A stretch of 64,000 nt of DNA from Cycas panzhihuaensis (lineage: Eukaryota > Plantae > Cycadophyta): positions 224,633,741-224,697,740 of the forward strand of contig CM041465.1 in NCBI GenBank assembly GCA_023213395.1, read 5' to 3'. Shown one piece after another: positions 63,601 through 64,000 of this stretch (the first letter of the stretch is position 1; each line of letters begins with the position of its first letter). The notes beneath the pieces are model-generated. The model searched no databases and was not told the DNA's origin. It worked only from the letters and a program-made list of their open reading frames with translations. A program made the position numbers and the translations under genes.

Positions 63601-64000
63601 AACTGTTGGTTTTGTTATAAGGTGGAACTTAAGCGATGAAAGCTTTGAGTTTCCAAGTTATCTGCTAGCTTCAAGCCTTACAACTGAAACATGGCTGCAA
63701 TTAACATGCTTAATGCATGCACCATTAGATTAACAGGACAAGATAACTATCAAGAATGGAAAAGGATCACTTAGAATCTTTTGATAATGAATGAATTTTG
63801 GGGTTATGTTTCTGGAAGGATATCCCAACCTGTACCTGTTATCAATGGTGATATAACTATTCAACCTGATGATGCTCTTGTTGCTGCTTGGGAAGCCAAA
63901 GATGAAATCGCTTTGGCATTCCTTCATATGATTGTTGATGTACATGTAGATCAAAATATTATATGTGCAAAAACTTCCAAGGAAGCATGGGACATTTTGT
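60654..64000 (+). mobile_element. Copia-8: 5' part of a Copia-3-family element running off the window
   Basis: LTR at 60654-61206 closely similar to the Copia-3 LTR; PBS tggtattagagc at 61209; leader of about 2.5 kb; gag ATG at 63691 (MAAINMLNACTIRLTGQDNYQEWKRIT*), with a premature TAG. Confidence 0.93.
63275..63690 (+). promoter_or_regulatory. Conserved structured cis-element upstream of gag AUG, Copia-8 copy
   Basis: Nested complementary segments, conserved with 31581-31965 and 43245-43639; function unknown (see findings). Confidence 0.6.

Larger units (their letters stand above)
2291..64000 (+). other. Probable giant, TE-filled PARP2 intron (more than 61 kb, 3' end outside the window)
   Basis: Donor at 2291; no VEALGEIE-like exon found by eye in the non-TE gaps (2291-3243, 14322-17203, 58860-60650). 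A truncated gene is the alternative. Confidence 0.6.

Overview
Eukaryotic, land-plant DNA that looks gymnosperm-like (an inference from intron size and TE content). Two micro-exons of a PARP2-type poly(ADP-ribose) polymerase lie at 1907-1953 and 2241-2290 (+), spliced peptide EFYTVIPHDFGFKKMRDFIIDTPQKLKRKLEM. I could not find the next expected exon (VEALGEIE...), so the rest of the window is probably one intron of more than 61 kb. It is filled with about 13 nested Ty1/Copia and Ty3/Gypsy LTR retrotransposons, whose LTRs, PBS, PPT and 5-bp TSDs can mostly be resolved by eye; none has an intact polyprotein. The most interesting signals are: (i) a conserved, covarying, multi-domain RNA-like structure of about 400 nt just upstream of the gag AUG in three related Copia elements with 2-2.5 kb leaders (IRES- or packaging-signal-like); (ii) a hairpin straddling the PPT/3'LTR junction in five Copia elements with different stem sequences; (iii) a non-coding LTR element carrying two arrays of palindromic repeats; (iv) an inverted repeat pair bracketing the PARP2 micro-exons. 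All coordinates were read by eye, and element names (Copia-1 etc.) are my own labels.
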